Shown here in pieces: positions 9,194-18,927 of a stretch of DNA of 64,000 bases. The stretch spans positions 17,291-81,290 of the forward strand of contig JAAVFV010000018.1 in assembly GCA_014800525.1 (NCBI GenBank), read 5' to 3'. Under the pieces are notes generated by a model. That model was not told where the DNA came from. It saw only the letters and a list, made by a program, of their open reading frames with translations, and searched no databases. A program made the position numbers and the translations under genes. Within the stretch, counting starts at the first letter, position 1; the number at the start of each line of letters is the position of its first letter. Origin of the DNA: Bacteroidales bacterium (lineage in GTDB: Bacteria > Bacteroidota > Bacteroidia > Bacteroidales > Muribaculaceae).

Positions 9194-10180
9194 TTACTCC
9201 CCGGTCTCCCGCCCGGTTTCACCGTTCTCTTCATCCTCCTCCTTCTCGCGATGCTCATAGGCATCCACGATACGCTGCACAAGCGGATGTCGCACAATGT
9301 CTTTCTTCTCGTATTCTATGATACCGATTCCTTTCACTCCGCGCAGGATTCTGAGGGCCTGCAGCAAGCCGCTCTGAGTGGAGCGGGGAAGGTCGATCTG
9401 AGTGGCATCTCCCGTAACGATCATCTTGGCATTCTGGCCAAGACGGGTAAGGAACATCTTCATCTGATGGCGCGTGGTGTTCTGCGCCTCATCCAGAATG
9501 ATGATGGCATCATTGAGCGTGCGTCCGCGCATGAAAGCCAATGGAGCAATCTGGATTGTTCCGGCCTCCATATATTCCTTAAGCTTCAACGGAGGCACCA
9601 TATCCTCCAGAGCATCATATAGAGGCTGAAGATAGGGATCGATCTTATCTTTCATATCGCCCGGGAGAAAGCCGAGTTTCTCCCCCGCCTCCACAGCCGG
9701 ACGCGAAAGAATGATCTTCCGACACTGTTTATTCTTCAGCGCGCTCACAGCCAATGCTATCGCGATATAGGTCTTTCCCGTTCCGGCCGGTCCCAAAGCG
9801 AAAGTAAGGTCGTTCTGTCCGAAGCTCTTCACCATCTTGGTCTGATTGACATTTCGCGGAGCGATCGGCTTGCCATTCTGACCGTAGATAATCACGCCCT
9901 CGGCATTCACCTCCGCGGGAGCCTCACCGCGCACGATATCAATTATGGCATCTTCCGTGAGCTTGTTATATTTTGCAGCATGCGCCTGGATTTCATGAAT
10001 CTTGTTCTCGAACTCCGCGGTTTCTTCCGGAGCGCCGATCACCTTTATCACATTCCCACGCGCAGCCATACGCAATTTCGGGAAGAGATTGCGTATGAGA
10101 TTTATGTTATTATTGTTCACCCCATAAAAAATCTGGGGATCCACATTGTCTATTATTACTGTTCTTTCGTTCATCATCAT
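9194..10180 (-). CDS. phoH: PhoH-family ATPase
   Basis: GPAGTGKT, RPAVEAGEKLGFLPGD, MRGRTL, DEAQN. Confidence 0.95.
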   Translation of the reverse strand: MMMNERTVIIDNVDPQIFYGVNNNNINLIRNLFPKLRMAARGNVIKVIGAPEETAEFENKIHEIQAHAAKYNKLTEDAIIDIVRGEAPAEVNAEGVIIYGQNGKPIAPRNVNQTKMVKSFGQNDLTFALGPAGTGKTYIAIALAVSALKNKQCRKIILSRPAVEAGEKLGFLPGDMKDKIDPYLQPLYDALEDMVPPLKLKEYMEAGTIQIAPLAFMRGRTLNDAIIILDEAQNTTRHQMKMFLTRLGQNAKMIVTGDATQIDLPRSTQSGLLQALRILRGVKGIGIIEYEKKDIVRHPLVQRIVDAYEHREKEEDEENGETGRETGE

Positions 10181-10246
10181 CTGTCCCGTAATTATCGGGG
10201 AATCTTTGGCCCGATAATTCTCCGTCGCAGAGCCGTTTCAAACAGA

Positions 10247-11728
10247 TCAGCCTACCGATCCCTCCAAGGATATCTGAAGCAGTTTCTGAGCTTCGACGGC
10301 GAATTCCATCGGGAGTTTATTCATCACTTCTTTCGCATAACCTCCCACAATGAGCGACACTGCCTCATCGGTAGGAATTCCGCGCTGACGACAGTAGAAG
10401 AGCTGTTCCTCGTTGATCTTTGAGGTGGTGGCTTCATGTTCCACTGTCGAGGTGGTGTTTCTCACATCAATCTCGGGGAATGTGTGAGCCCCGCAGCTAT
10501 CCCCCATCAGGAGCGAATCGCATTGGGTATAATTCCGGCAGCCGGTGGCATTCTTATCCACACGCACAAGCCCGCGATAACTATTCTGTGAATATCCGGC
10601 TGAGATACCCTTACTCACAATCGTCGAGCGGGAGCCCCGTCCGATATGGATCATCTTCGTGCCGGTGTCGGCCTGCTGATAATTATTTGTCACAGCCACA
10701 GAATAGAATTCACCGACCGACTCATCCCCTTTCAGGATACACGATGGATATTTCCATGTGATCGCAGAGCCGGTCTCCACCTGTGTCCACGATAATTTCG
10801 AGCGGTGGCCGCGGCATAAGCCTCGCTTGGTCACAAAGTTATATATACCGCCGCGTCCCTCCTGGTCGCCGGCATACCAATTCTGGACCGTGCTGTATTT
10901 CACTTCCGCGCGTTCCTCCACCACAATCTCCACTATGGCCGCATGAAGCTGATTCTCATCCCGCATCGGAGCCGTGCATCCCTCAAGATAGCTGACATAA
11001 GCATCATCGTCAGCCACAATCAGGGTGCGCTCGAACTGTCCGGTGCCGGCGGCATTGATTCGGAAATATGTGCTCAGCTCCATCGGACATCTCACTCCCT
11101 TGGGGATATAGACAAATGATCCGTCTGAGAATACGGCCGAATTCAACGCTGCGTAAAAGTTATCGCGGTAAGGCACCACAGAACCAAGATATTTCTTCAC
11201 CAGATCCGGATAATCCCTCACAGCCTCGGAGAAGGAGCAGAAGATCACGCCTAATTCGGCGAGCTTCTCACGATGAGTGGTCTTCACACTCACAGAGTCC
11301 ATCACGGCATCCACGGCCACTCCGGCAAGCTGCTTCTGTTCCTCAAGAGAGATACCGAGCTTATTGAAGGTCTTCACCAGTTCGGGATCCACTTCATCCA
11401 TGCTCTGCTTAAGCTCCTTTTTCTTTGGAGCCGCATAATAGCTGATGGCCTGGAAGTCGATTTCCGGTATATTGAGATGAGCCCATTCCGGAGGAGTGAG
11501 CGTAAGCCAATAACGATAGGCATCAAGACGGAACTGCAGCAGCCATTCCGGCTCCCCCTTCTTGCGGGAAATATAGCGTATCACATCCTCGCTCAGTCCC
11601 GGCGGTATTGTCTCTGTGTCAATATCGCTCACAAATCCGTATTTATATTCGGAAGCTGTGGCTTCCTCAAGAGTCTTCGCCACGGACTGAGGTCCGGCTG
11701 TAGGCTCGCCACTCTTTTTCTCGCTCAT
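10247..11728 (-). CDS. sufB: Fe-S cluster assembly scaffold SufB
   Basis: [49 protein letters not shown]. Confidence 0.95.
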   Translation of the reverse strand: MSEKKSGEPTAGPQSVAKTLEEATASEYKYGFVSDIDTETIPPGLSEDVIRYISRKKGEPEWLLQFRLDAYRYWLTLTPPEWAHLNIPEIDFQAISYYAAPKKKELKQSMDEVDPELVKTFNKLGISLEEQKQLAGVAVDAVMDSVSVKTTHREKLAELGVIFCSFSEAVRDYPDLVKKYLGSVVPYRDNFYAALNSAVFSDGSFVYIPKGVRCPMELSTYFRINAAGTGQFERTLIVADDDAYVSYLEGCTAPMRDENQLHAAIVEIVVEERAEVKYSTVQNWYAGDQEGRGGIYNFVTKRGLCRGHRSKLSWTQVETGSAITWKYPSCILKGDESVGEFYSVAVTNNYQQADTGTKMIHIGRGSRSTIVSKGISAGYSQNSYRGLVRVDKNATGCRNYTQCDSLLMGDSCGAHTFPEIDVRNTTSTVEHEATTSKINEEQLFYCRQRGIPTDEAVSLIVGGYAKEVMNKLPMEFAVEAQKLLQISLEGSVG

Positions 11729-11811
11729 ATCTATTACTTTGGGTTATTCGCGACCCGGTGGGAGAGTCCGGACCTGTAGATAACTTTTTTATTCGCTTTA
11801 TTACTAATACA

Positions 11812-11958
11812 CAAAGATAACAAAAAAGTTTGTACACTCAGCTTTTCCGCCTGTCTAAACCCTTATTTTCACTTCTCCGTTTTACCATTCTTTTACATTC
11901 CTTATCATAGATTTTCACTCCTTATATATGCAAATGCGGACTTTTTTTGTTATTTTTG
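11812..11958. promoter_or_regulatory. Divergent -7 promoter elements for sufB (11812-11819, minus) and parA (11951-11958, plus)
   Basis: TATCTTTG and TATTTTTG match TAnnTTTG. Confidence 0.55.
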
Positions 11959-12107
11959 CATTCTATTAAGCCTCCATTTGGCTTTACCGACGGGGCTTTC
12001 CAAAGGTCTTACGGCCAAGGGAATATATCGGTCGGCTCCATATTTTCAGGGGCCTCCATATTTTCTTTGCCCCTGAATATTACTAAGGCTCCATCCAATA
12101 AATCAGA

Positions 12108-12890
12108 ATGGGAAAAATTATCGCTATAGCAAATCAGAAAGGCGGCGTAGGAAAAACCACCACCACCTTCAATCTCGGAGCATGTCTCAGCAAGCAGGGA
12201 CGGAAGGTGTTGCTCATTGACGCCGATTCCCAGGCAAATACCACCTCAGGTATCGGTGTCGAACTCCAGGAGTCCGATCCCACTATCTATGAGTGTATGG
12301 TCGACAATTATCCTGCACAGGATGCAATCAAGCATACCGATATCGACGGTCTCGATATCATCTGCTCAAATATGAATCTCGTAGGTGCGGAGGTGGAACT
12401 CCGCTCACGTAAAGACCGGGAGAAGACTCTCTTCCGGGTGCTCGATCCCCTGCGCGACCTCTATGATTATATTCTTATCGACTGCTCGCCGTCGCTGGGA
12501 ATCATCACGGTCAATGCCCTCACGGCCTCAGATACTGTGCTCATCCCCGTTCAGGCTGAATATTTCGCCCTGGAGGGAATATCGCAGTTGCTCAATACTA
12601 TCCGCATCATCAAGAGCCGCCTGCGTCCGCAACTCGAAATCGAAGGATTCCTGCTCACAATGTATGATGCCCGCCTCCGACTCGCCAACCAGATATATGA
12701 AGATCTGAAAGGTCATTTCGGTGATATGGTGTTCTCCACTGTCATTCCCCGAAATATCAAGCTCTCGGAGTCGCCCAGCCATGGAATGCCGGTGATTCTC
12801 TATGATCCCGATTCCCGAGGGGCTATTGCATATTGTCAGCTTGCACGCGAACTCGACTCCCGTTCCCGTAAAAAAGCCCGTAAGAACTAA
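12108..12890 (+). CDS. parA: Chromosome partitioning ATPase ParA/Soj
   Basis: NQKGGVGKTTT deviant Walker A, IDCSPSLG, IPRNIKLSESPSHG. Confidence 0.95.
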   Translation: MGKIIAIANQKGGVGKTTTTFNLGACLSKQGRKVLLIDADSQANTTSGIGVELQESDPTIYECMVDNYPAQDAIKHTDIDGLDIICSNMNLVGAEVELRSRKDREKTLFRVLDPLRDLYDYILIDCSPSLGIITVNALTASDTVLIPVQAEYFALEGISQLLNTIRIIKSRLRPQLEIEGFLLTMYDARLRLANQIYEDLKGHFGDMVFSTVIPRNIKLSESPSHGMPVILYDPDSRGAIAYCQLARELDSRSRKKARKN

Positions 12891-12931
12891 CTATTTCTTG
12901 CGGCCCGATTAACCCGATTAATTCTGCTTAA

Positions 12932-13798
12932 ATGGCTAAACGAAATGCTCTCGGAAGAGGGCTCGACTCCCTGATATCATTAGGCGATATCCAGACCGAG
13001 GGCTCCTCGGCAATCTCGGATATCGATCTCGACCGCATATCCCCTAACCCGGACCAGCCTCGTCGCTCTTTCGATGAGGAAGCCCTCAATGAACTGGCTG
13101 CTTCTATCCGCGAACTCGGGGTGGTGCAGCCCCTGACGCTCCGCCTTCTTGATGACGGAGATTATCAGATAATCGCCGGCGAACGCCGCTGGCGGGCCGC
13201 TAAAATGGCCGGCCTTGATAGCGTACCCGCCTACGTCCGCACCGCCAGCGATTCCGAACTCACCGAAATGGCCCTCATCGAGAATATCCAGCGTGAGGAT
13301 TTGAATGCCATTGAAGTGGCGCTATGTTTCCGCAAACTCATCGATACATATAATCTTACCCAGGAACGTCTCTCTGAGCGCATAGGCAAGAAGCGTGCCA
13401 CAATCGCCAATCACCTCCGGCTTCTCAAACTCCCCGCCGAGATTCAGCTCGGCCTGCGCGACCGCAAGCTTGATATGGGCCATGCCCGTGCCATTCTTGC
13501 AATCGAGGATCCCAAGATTCAACTCAAGGTCTATAAGAGGATTCTTGATGAGGGATTATCGGTCCGCGCCGTGGAGCAGATGATACGCCAGATGGCCGAG
13601 AAGGACAATTCCGAAAAAGAGCCTTCTCCTAAACCGGCTAATCCTTATTCCGGTCTGGCCACAGACCTTTCCAAGGTGTTCGATATTCCGGTGAAGATTG
13701 TCCGCAATAAGGCCGGGAAAGGTTCGGTTTCTTTCAGTTTCGCGTCCGATGATGAACTGACGCGGTTGGTTCAACTCTTCGATCAGCTACGCAAATGA
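12932..13798 (+). CDS. parB: Chromosome partitioning protein ParB/Spo0J
   Basis: ALGRGL, NPDQPRR, IIAGERRWRA, ENIQREDL. Confidence 0.95.
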   Translation: MAKRNALGRGLDSLISLGDIQTEGSSAISDIDLDRISPNPDQPRRSFDEEALNELAASIRELGVVQPLTLRLLDDGDYQIIAGERRWRAAKMAGLDSVPAYVRTASDSELTEMALIENIQREDLNAIEVALCFRKLIDTYNLTQERLSERIGKKRATIANHLRLLKLPAEIQLGLRDRKLDMGHARAILAIEDPKIQLKVYKRILDEGLSVRAVEQMIRQMAEKDNSEKEPSPKPANPYSGLATDLSKVFDIPVKIVRNKAGKGSVSFSFASDDELTRLVQLFDQLRK

Positions 13799-14613
13799 GG
13801 ATATTCCGCAGTTTGCCGTTCCTCCATGGCCGTGTCCGGGGAAATTCAGCCGAAGGGGCTGATGAGCGATCGCTCTGCGAGCGGTCGGCCATCGCCATGC
13901 TCTGTCTGCTGCTCCTCTTCCCCTGGGATTTTCTTTCTCCCCGTGCCATGGCAATGACCCCCACCTTCGAGCAGCGCGAACCAATCGTGGAACCCGCACC
14001 CTCTGACGACCGCGAACCCATGGCCGAACTCGAGCTCGCAGTCCCCGTTGAGGAGACCGACACCGTCCCCACCGTGGTGGAAGCCGATGATTATCCCTAC
14101 GGACTCTCAGGCAAAAAACCTTTCAATCCCTCTCCGGAACGCGCAATATGGTTGTCGGCTCTCTGTCCCGGTCTGGGTCAGATCTATAACCGTCGCTACT
14201 GGAAACTCCCCATCGTGGTCGGTGGATTCATGGGTCTGGCATATGCCACTTCCTGGAACAACAGTCAGTATCAGGATTATGTGCAGGCCTACCGCGACAT
14301 CACCGACAGCGACCCTAATACCAAAAGCTACATGGATTTCTTTCCTCCCACCACCAATGAGGCCGATCTCAATGTCCAGTGGCTTACACAGACCTTCAAA
14401 AGCCGGAAAGACTATTTCCGTCGTAACCGCGACCTCTGCATCATCTGTGTCGTGGCGCTCTATCTGGTCTGCATGCTTGATGCTTATGTCGACGCCTCTC
14501 TGGCGCATTTCGATATATCTCCCTCTCTATCGATGGATGTGGCGCCCACTATGATGATCGAGCGCTCATCCTCAAAACCCCAACTCGGCCTCTCCTGGGC
14601 CCTCAATTTTTAA
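13795..14613 (+). CDS. DUF5683-family membrane protein (start uncertain)
   Basis: SALCPGLGQIYNRRYWKLPIV, DAYVDA.L..FD; usual position between parB and mltD in Bacteroidetes. Confidence 0.8.
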   Translation: MRIFRSLPFLHGRVRGNSAEGADERSLCERSAIAMLCLLLLFPWDFLSPRAMAMTPTFEQREPIVEPAPSDDREPMAELELAVPVEETDTVPTVVEADDYPYGLSGKKPFNPSPERAIWLSALCPGLGQIYNRRYWKLPIVVGGFMGLAYATSWNNSQYQDYVQAYRDITDSDPNTKSYMDFFPPTTNEADLNVQWLTQTFKSRKDYFRRNRDLCIICVVALYLVCMLDAYVDASLAHFDISPSLSMDVAPTMMIERSSSKPQLGLSWALNF

Positions 14614-14616
14614 ATC

Positions 14617-16500
14617 ATGAAAATATTTCGCTCCTACCTCCTGATATCCTCCTTTGCGGCAGCGGCGTTCTTCGGATGCCTCAATGCGGCAGGAGCTCCG
14701 AAAAAGTCGGTGCTCGATGTGAAGGAAAGCATCACCGACAGTAATATCATTTTCCCGGAAAGCTTTGAGTCGGATAGCCATAAGATGCTCGAAGGATGGT
14801 ATATGAAAAACTATACCGCTACCGACGACCGCTATGAGCGTCTGGGAGATGTGCCCACTTCAGATGCCGTATATCGTCAGCGTCTGGCGGAACTCCCCAC
14901 AAAAATAGATCTTCCCTATAATCAGATTGTGAAAAGCTATATCGAGCGTTACACAGTCAAGGGACGTCCGATGGTGGCCGGTCTGCTTGGTCTGAGCAAT
15001 TACTATATGCCCATCTTCGAACAAGCTCTCGAGGAGGCAGGTCTCCCTCTCGAACTCAAATATCTTCCCGTAGTGGAGTCGGCTCTCGATCCTACAGCCA
15101 CATCCCGACATGGGGCGGCCGGATTATGGCAGTTTATGCTTATTGCTGCCAAAGGCCTCGATATGGAGGTGAACTCCCTTGTCGATGAACGCCGCGATCC
15201 ATATATCTCTTCAAAAAAGGCAGCCAAATTCCTTGGTGACCTTTACAAGACCTACGGCGACTGGAGCCTTGCTATCGCGGCCTACAATTGCGGTCCGGGC
15301 TCTGTCAACAAGGCCTTACGCCGTGCCGGAGGAGATCCGAAATCCCACGACTTCTGGTCAATCTATAGTTATCTCCCCGCCGAGACCCGCGGATATGTGC
15401 CGATGTTCATCGCCGCAAATTATGTGATGAACTATTACAATAAGCACAACATCTCCCCTGTGGTGCCGACGCGACCGCTGGTGACAGATACTCTCCATAT
15501 CAATCGCCGCCTTCATCTGAAGCAGATTTCGGATGTTCTCGATATTCCGATGGAGGAACTGCGCATTCTCAATCCGCAGTTCCGTGCCGATATCATTCCC
15601 GGAACCGCGTCGAAAAGCTATAATCTGATTCTCCCCTCCCAGCAGATTCATGCTTATCTGATGAGCGAGGAGGATATCGTGAACCATGAAGCTGATAAAT
15701 ACGCCCGCCGGGTATCTGCAGAACCCAATCAGCTGGCGGATAATACATCCACGGAGGGGATCGAAGATTCGTCAAATGTCTATGCCGATATGGCGGATGC
15801 TCCGACCGTGAGTAATGTCACGGCAGCGCAGTCAGTGGCGCCGACTGCTCCCGCTGTCCAGGAGTCGCGCCCGATTGCAGGGAATCAGTCCGGAGCCACC
15901 ACACATAAGGTCGCTCCAGGTGAGTCGCTCGCAGACATCGCAGCACGTTACGGTGTGTCGCCCGAAGATATCAAAAACTGGAATCATCTGCGCCGCAATT
16001 CTCTGCGCACCGGCCAGGTGCTCCGCATCGCCGGCACTCCCGGCACCTCAGCCTCCGGTTCGGTAGCTGAGACTGTCACCGTGCCCCGCACAGCCCGTCA
16101 GGCTTCCCGTCAGGCTGCAGTCGCCGCAGAGACTCCCCGTCGCACCACTCCCTCTGCCGCCTCCCGTTCGAAGGCTAAGGCCGATGCCAAGGCTTCTGCC
16201 GCTAAGGCAGAGTCAAAGTCTTCCTCTTCTAAGAAATCCTCAAAAAAAGAGACAGTCAAGAAACAGGCGGCTAAGCCCGCAGCTCCCACCACCCACACCG
16301 TACAGAGTGGTGATAGCTACGAACGCATCGCCCGCAAGCATGGTGTGTCCACCGAGGAACTCATGAAGGCTAATGGCGCTTCCTCCACTCTTATCAAGCC
16401 GGGACAGTCGCTGAAGATTCCGACCAAGAAGGGTGCCTCCACAAAAGCTGCATCTTCTAAATCCACTTCATCCAAATCCAAGAAAAAGAAGAAGAAGTAG
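14617..16500 (+). CDS. mltD: MltD-like lytic murein transglycosylase with two LysM domains and a Lys/Ser-rich tail
   Basis: VVESAL, GAAGLWQFM, AAYNCG, ETRGYVP; LysM motifs HKVAPGESL and HTVQSGDS. Confidence 0.9.
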   Translation: MKIFRSYLLISSFAAAAFFGCLNAAGAPKKSVLDVKESITDSNIIFPESFESDSHKMLEGWYMKNYTATDDRYERLGDVPTSDAVYRQRLAELPTKIDLPYNQIVKSYIERYTVKGRPMVAGLLGLSNYYMPIFEQALEEAGLPLELKYLPVVESALDPTATSRHGAAGLWQFMLIAAKGLDMEVNSLVDERRDPYISSKKAAKFLGDLYKTYGDWSLAIAAYNCGPGSVNKALRRAGGDPKSHDFWSIYSYLPAETRGYVPMFIAANYVMNYYNKHNISPVVPTRPLVTDTLHINRRLHLKQISDVLDIPMEELRILNPQFRADIIPGTASKSYNLILPSQQIHAYLMSEEDIVNHEADKYARRVSAEPNQLADNTSTEGIEDSSNVYADMADAPTVSNVTAAQSVAPTAPAVQESRPIAGNQSGATTHKVAPGESLADIAARYGVSPEDIKNWNHLRRNSLRTGQVLRIAGTPGTSASGSVAETVTVPRTARQASRQAAVAAETPRRTTPSAASRSKAKADAKASAAKAESKSSSSKKSSKKETVKKQAAKPAAPTTHTVQSGDSYERIARKHGVSTEELMKANGASSTLIKPGQSLKIPTKKGASTKAASSKSTSSKSKKKKKK

Positions 16501-16563
16501 AGCCTTAAGCTCCGGCCTTAGAATTTAGTCTGATAATTCAACACAAGCCAACACTCAAATAAG

Positions 16564-16603
16564 AACATCACCCGAAAAGCGGATCCGCTTTTCGGGTGAT
16601 GTT
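16564..16603. terminator. Perfect 40-bp palindrome, bidirectional terminator between mltD and slyD
   Basis: AACATCACCCGAAAAGCGGA|TCCGCTTTTCGGGTGATGTT. Confidence 0.8.
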
Positions 16604-16676
16604 ATTATTTTGCTTCCATCATTATGATGGAATACATTATCTACTGTTTATCCTTGAAGTATAGACACCTCTCATC

Positions 16677-17273
16677 TTAGCAGCCACAGCCGCCACCGCA
16701 GCCATGCTCTTTGGAATCGCATCCACAGCTGTCGCCACATTCCGAGCTACCGCAGCTACCGCAACAACCGCCTGTCGGAGTGAGCTCCTCCGGAGTGGCT
16801 TCACGCACTGACTCCACCTTACCTTCATATCTCACTGTCTTGCCGGCGAAGGGATGATTGAAATCCATCTTGATCTTATCGCCTACCTCAAGGATCTTGC
16901 CCTGCACACGATAGCCTTCGGCTGTCATCATCGGAAGTAATTCTCCGACCTGAACCTCCTCTGCCAATTTACCATCGCGCATGAAGATTTCCTTATCAAG
17001 CTCCATGATATATTCAGGACTGGCCTCTCCGAAGGCTACCATCGGAGGAAGAGTGACCTCAAACTTATCTCCAGCCTTAAGACCTTTCATCACCTCCACA
17101 AGACCGGGTACAATCTCGTGAGAAACACCATATACCATAAAGTCGGGAGCACCCTTCTCCGTCTCAAAGAGAAGAGAGCCATCCTTATCATCGTATAGCT
17201 TATACGAATATTCCACAAACTTGCCGGGGCCTACTACCTCAGCTCCTTTTACAGTTTCTTTTTCCTTGCTCAT
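16677..17273 (-). CDS. slyD: FKBP-type peptidyl-prolyl isomerase SlyD with Cys-rich tail
   Basis: MDFNHPFAGKTV, VREATPEE, GGCCGSC...GGGCGC tail. Confidence 0.9.
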   Translation of the reverse strand: MSKEKETVKGAEVVGPGKFVEYSYKLYDDKDGSLLFETEKGAPDFMVYGVSHEIVPGLVEVMKGLKAGDKFEVTLPPMVAFGEASPEYIMELDKEIFMRDGKLAEEVQVGELLPMMTAEGYRVQGKILEVGDKIKMDFNHPFAGKTVRYEGKVESVREATPEELTPTGGCCGSCGSSECGDSCGCDSKEHGCGGGCGC

Positions 17274-17329
17274 TATATTTGTCTTTAATTCCTATCGTTC
17301 TAATTCCTATCGTTCAAACATTGTCCGGA

Positions 17330-18205
17330 TCACTGCTCCTGGACCGCCTCCTCAGTTTCAGGATGCTTCAGCTCATACTGCTGCTGCGGACGCTCCACAT
17401 TGAAATAGAATCCTTTGGCCGATTTATCCCGGGCACGCTTATCAGTCGGATCAGGCTCCACCATCAGATAATCAAAGCCATCCCGGGGATAATCCACATC
17501 CACCGCCTGATACCCCAACAGCTGCACCACATCATATTCATGCATCGGATAGATCACATACCATGGATGATCCACATCCTTACCGGTGCCGGTACTCATG
17601 ATAGTCCCTAACAGATTTTCGAGTCGGAACTCCCATATCTTGGCACGCATATCCTTTTTCTTCTCCTTTAGCACATGGACAAGAAACGACATCTGACGCA
17701 GGTCGAAGGGATTATCCTCCAATGCTAAATTGGCATACTTCTCGATGGTGTCCATCTCCTGCTTGGTATGATTGGCCTTGGAACGCAAATCATCCGTGCG
17801 GCTCGCATAGGGCGACACACGATAGGGATCGAAATCCTCCTGAAACATATACCCGAGATAGAAATGACGGAATTCATCCGTGGTCATTGTCGTATCCTTA
17901 CGGTCATACTTCTGTTTCAGCTTCGGATAATAATACTTACTATGGGGATCGAGTGTCGACTCCATTATCTCCTGCATATCGGGAGCCTCATTCTTATATT
18001 TCTTTGTAGCCGTCGACTTGGAAGGCCGTGTGGTCACGGTCTTCTCCGAAAGACGGGATGAACGCACCTGCGCTCCCGTTTCTACCGCCCCGGCCGAAAT
18101 CATCAATCCGGCTCCCAAGGCCCAGAGGATATATCTTAATCTTTTCAATGTCTTTCCATTTTGAGTTATATCTTTTCCTAATCCATTCCTTAATCCCTTT
18201 TCCAT
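17330..18205 (-). CDS. DUF4919-like exported protein (start ATG 18205 or TTG 18148, not 18601)
   Basis: Signal-like LKRLRYILWALGAG; YYYPKL, HFYLGYMFQEDFDPY, NPFDL, STGTGK..PWYVI. Confidence 0.7.
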   Translation of the reverse strand: MEKGLRNGLGKDITQNGKTLKRLRYILWALGAGLMISAGAVETGAQVRSSRLSEKTVTTRPSKSTATKKYKNEAPDMQEIMESTLDPHSKYYYPKLKQKYDRKDTTMTTDEFRHFYLGYMFQEDFDPYRVSPYASRTDDLRSKANHTKQEMDTIEKYANLALEDNPFDLRQMSFLVHVLKEKKKDMRAKIWEFRLENLLGTIMSTGTGKDVDHPWYVIYPMHEYDVVQLLGYQAVDVDYPRDGFDYLMVEPDPTDKRARDKSAKGFYFNVERPQQQYELKHPETEEAVQEQ

Positions 18206-18243
18206 ATACCTCTCAGATATTCCTACCATCTTGGCTATCCGCC

Positions 18244-18774
18244 TTAATGGACAGCTATCACAAGCAATAGAGTGACCCCAAGCTGCATCACGCTGATTGC
18301 CGTCGGGAATCCCTTGGCCAGCAGATACTTGAAGAAATATCCCGAACCGGGAGCAATCGGCCGACCATCCGGTGTGCGCGTATAGAGCAGAAATCCGAGG
18401 AAGATTCCAATTACTGTGGCTATTATCATCACGCCGTTCTGTATAGAAAGCTCTGCAGCCCCAAACGATGGGCCCAACAGCCCGACAACCATACCCGTAA
18501 GCGCGCCGACAAGCATATATCCCCAGCCCTTCGACTGCGAGCGTAACACTGCCGGCTGCAGCCAGCAGGCAAAGGTCACCACCAATGTCATACATAGCCA
18601 TCCCGACAGCATCGTAAGATTGATCGGAAGCAATTGATAGCCATTACTCTTAGCAAGGCTTATCACTACCAGAGCAACAAACGATAGAACCGGTGCGCCT
18701 AACTGCCGCCCGCGCAACAGCCAGAATGAGAGGAGCCATAAAAGCCCGCTGAGTATGATGAGAAATAATGCCAT
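18244..18774 (-). CDS. Multi-pass membrane protein, possibly DUF456-like
   Basis: Several hydrophobic segments; co-oriented with neighbours. Confidence 0.65.
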   Translation of the reverse strand: MALFLIILSGLLWLLSFWLLRGRQLGAPVLSFVALVVISLAKSNGYQLLPINLTMLSGWLCMTLVVTFACWLQPAVLRSQSKGWGYMLVGALTGMVVGLLGPSFGAAELSIQNGVMIIATVIGIFLGFLLYTRTPDGRPIAPGSGYFFKYLLAKGFPTAISVMQLGVTLLLVIAVH

Positions 18775-18927
18775 AGCGTGGATAGTGTCTTACTAATATA
18801 ACCAATAGTAGTCGATTTCGTAATTATAAAAAATGTTAACCACCCTTTCCTGTAGTCTCTTCCTCCCCCCGGTTTATACATGAGAAGCTATCCCGTAGGG
18901 AGGGTCAGAGTCTCTTCCCGATATCTG

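Noticed and set aside
17330-18601. Extended starts in the ORF track (18601; likewise 26078, 28021, 58971, 59153, 4925)
   Set aside because: The extensions overlap neighbouring genes or promoters, and downstream starts fit the family N-termini better
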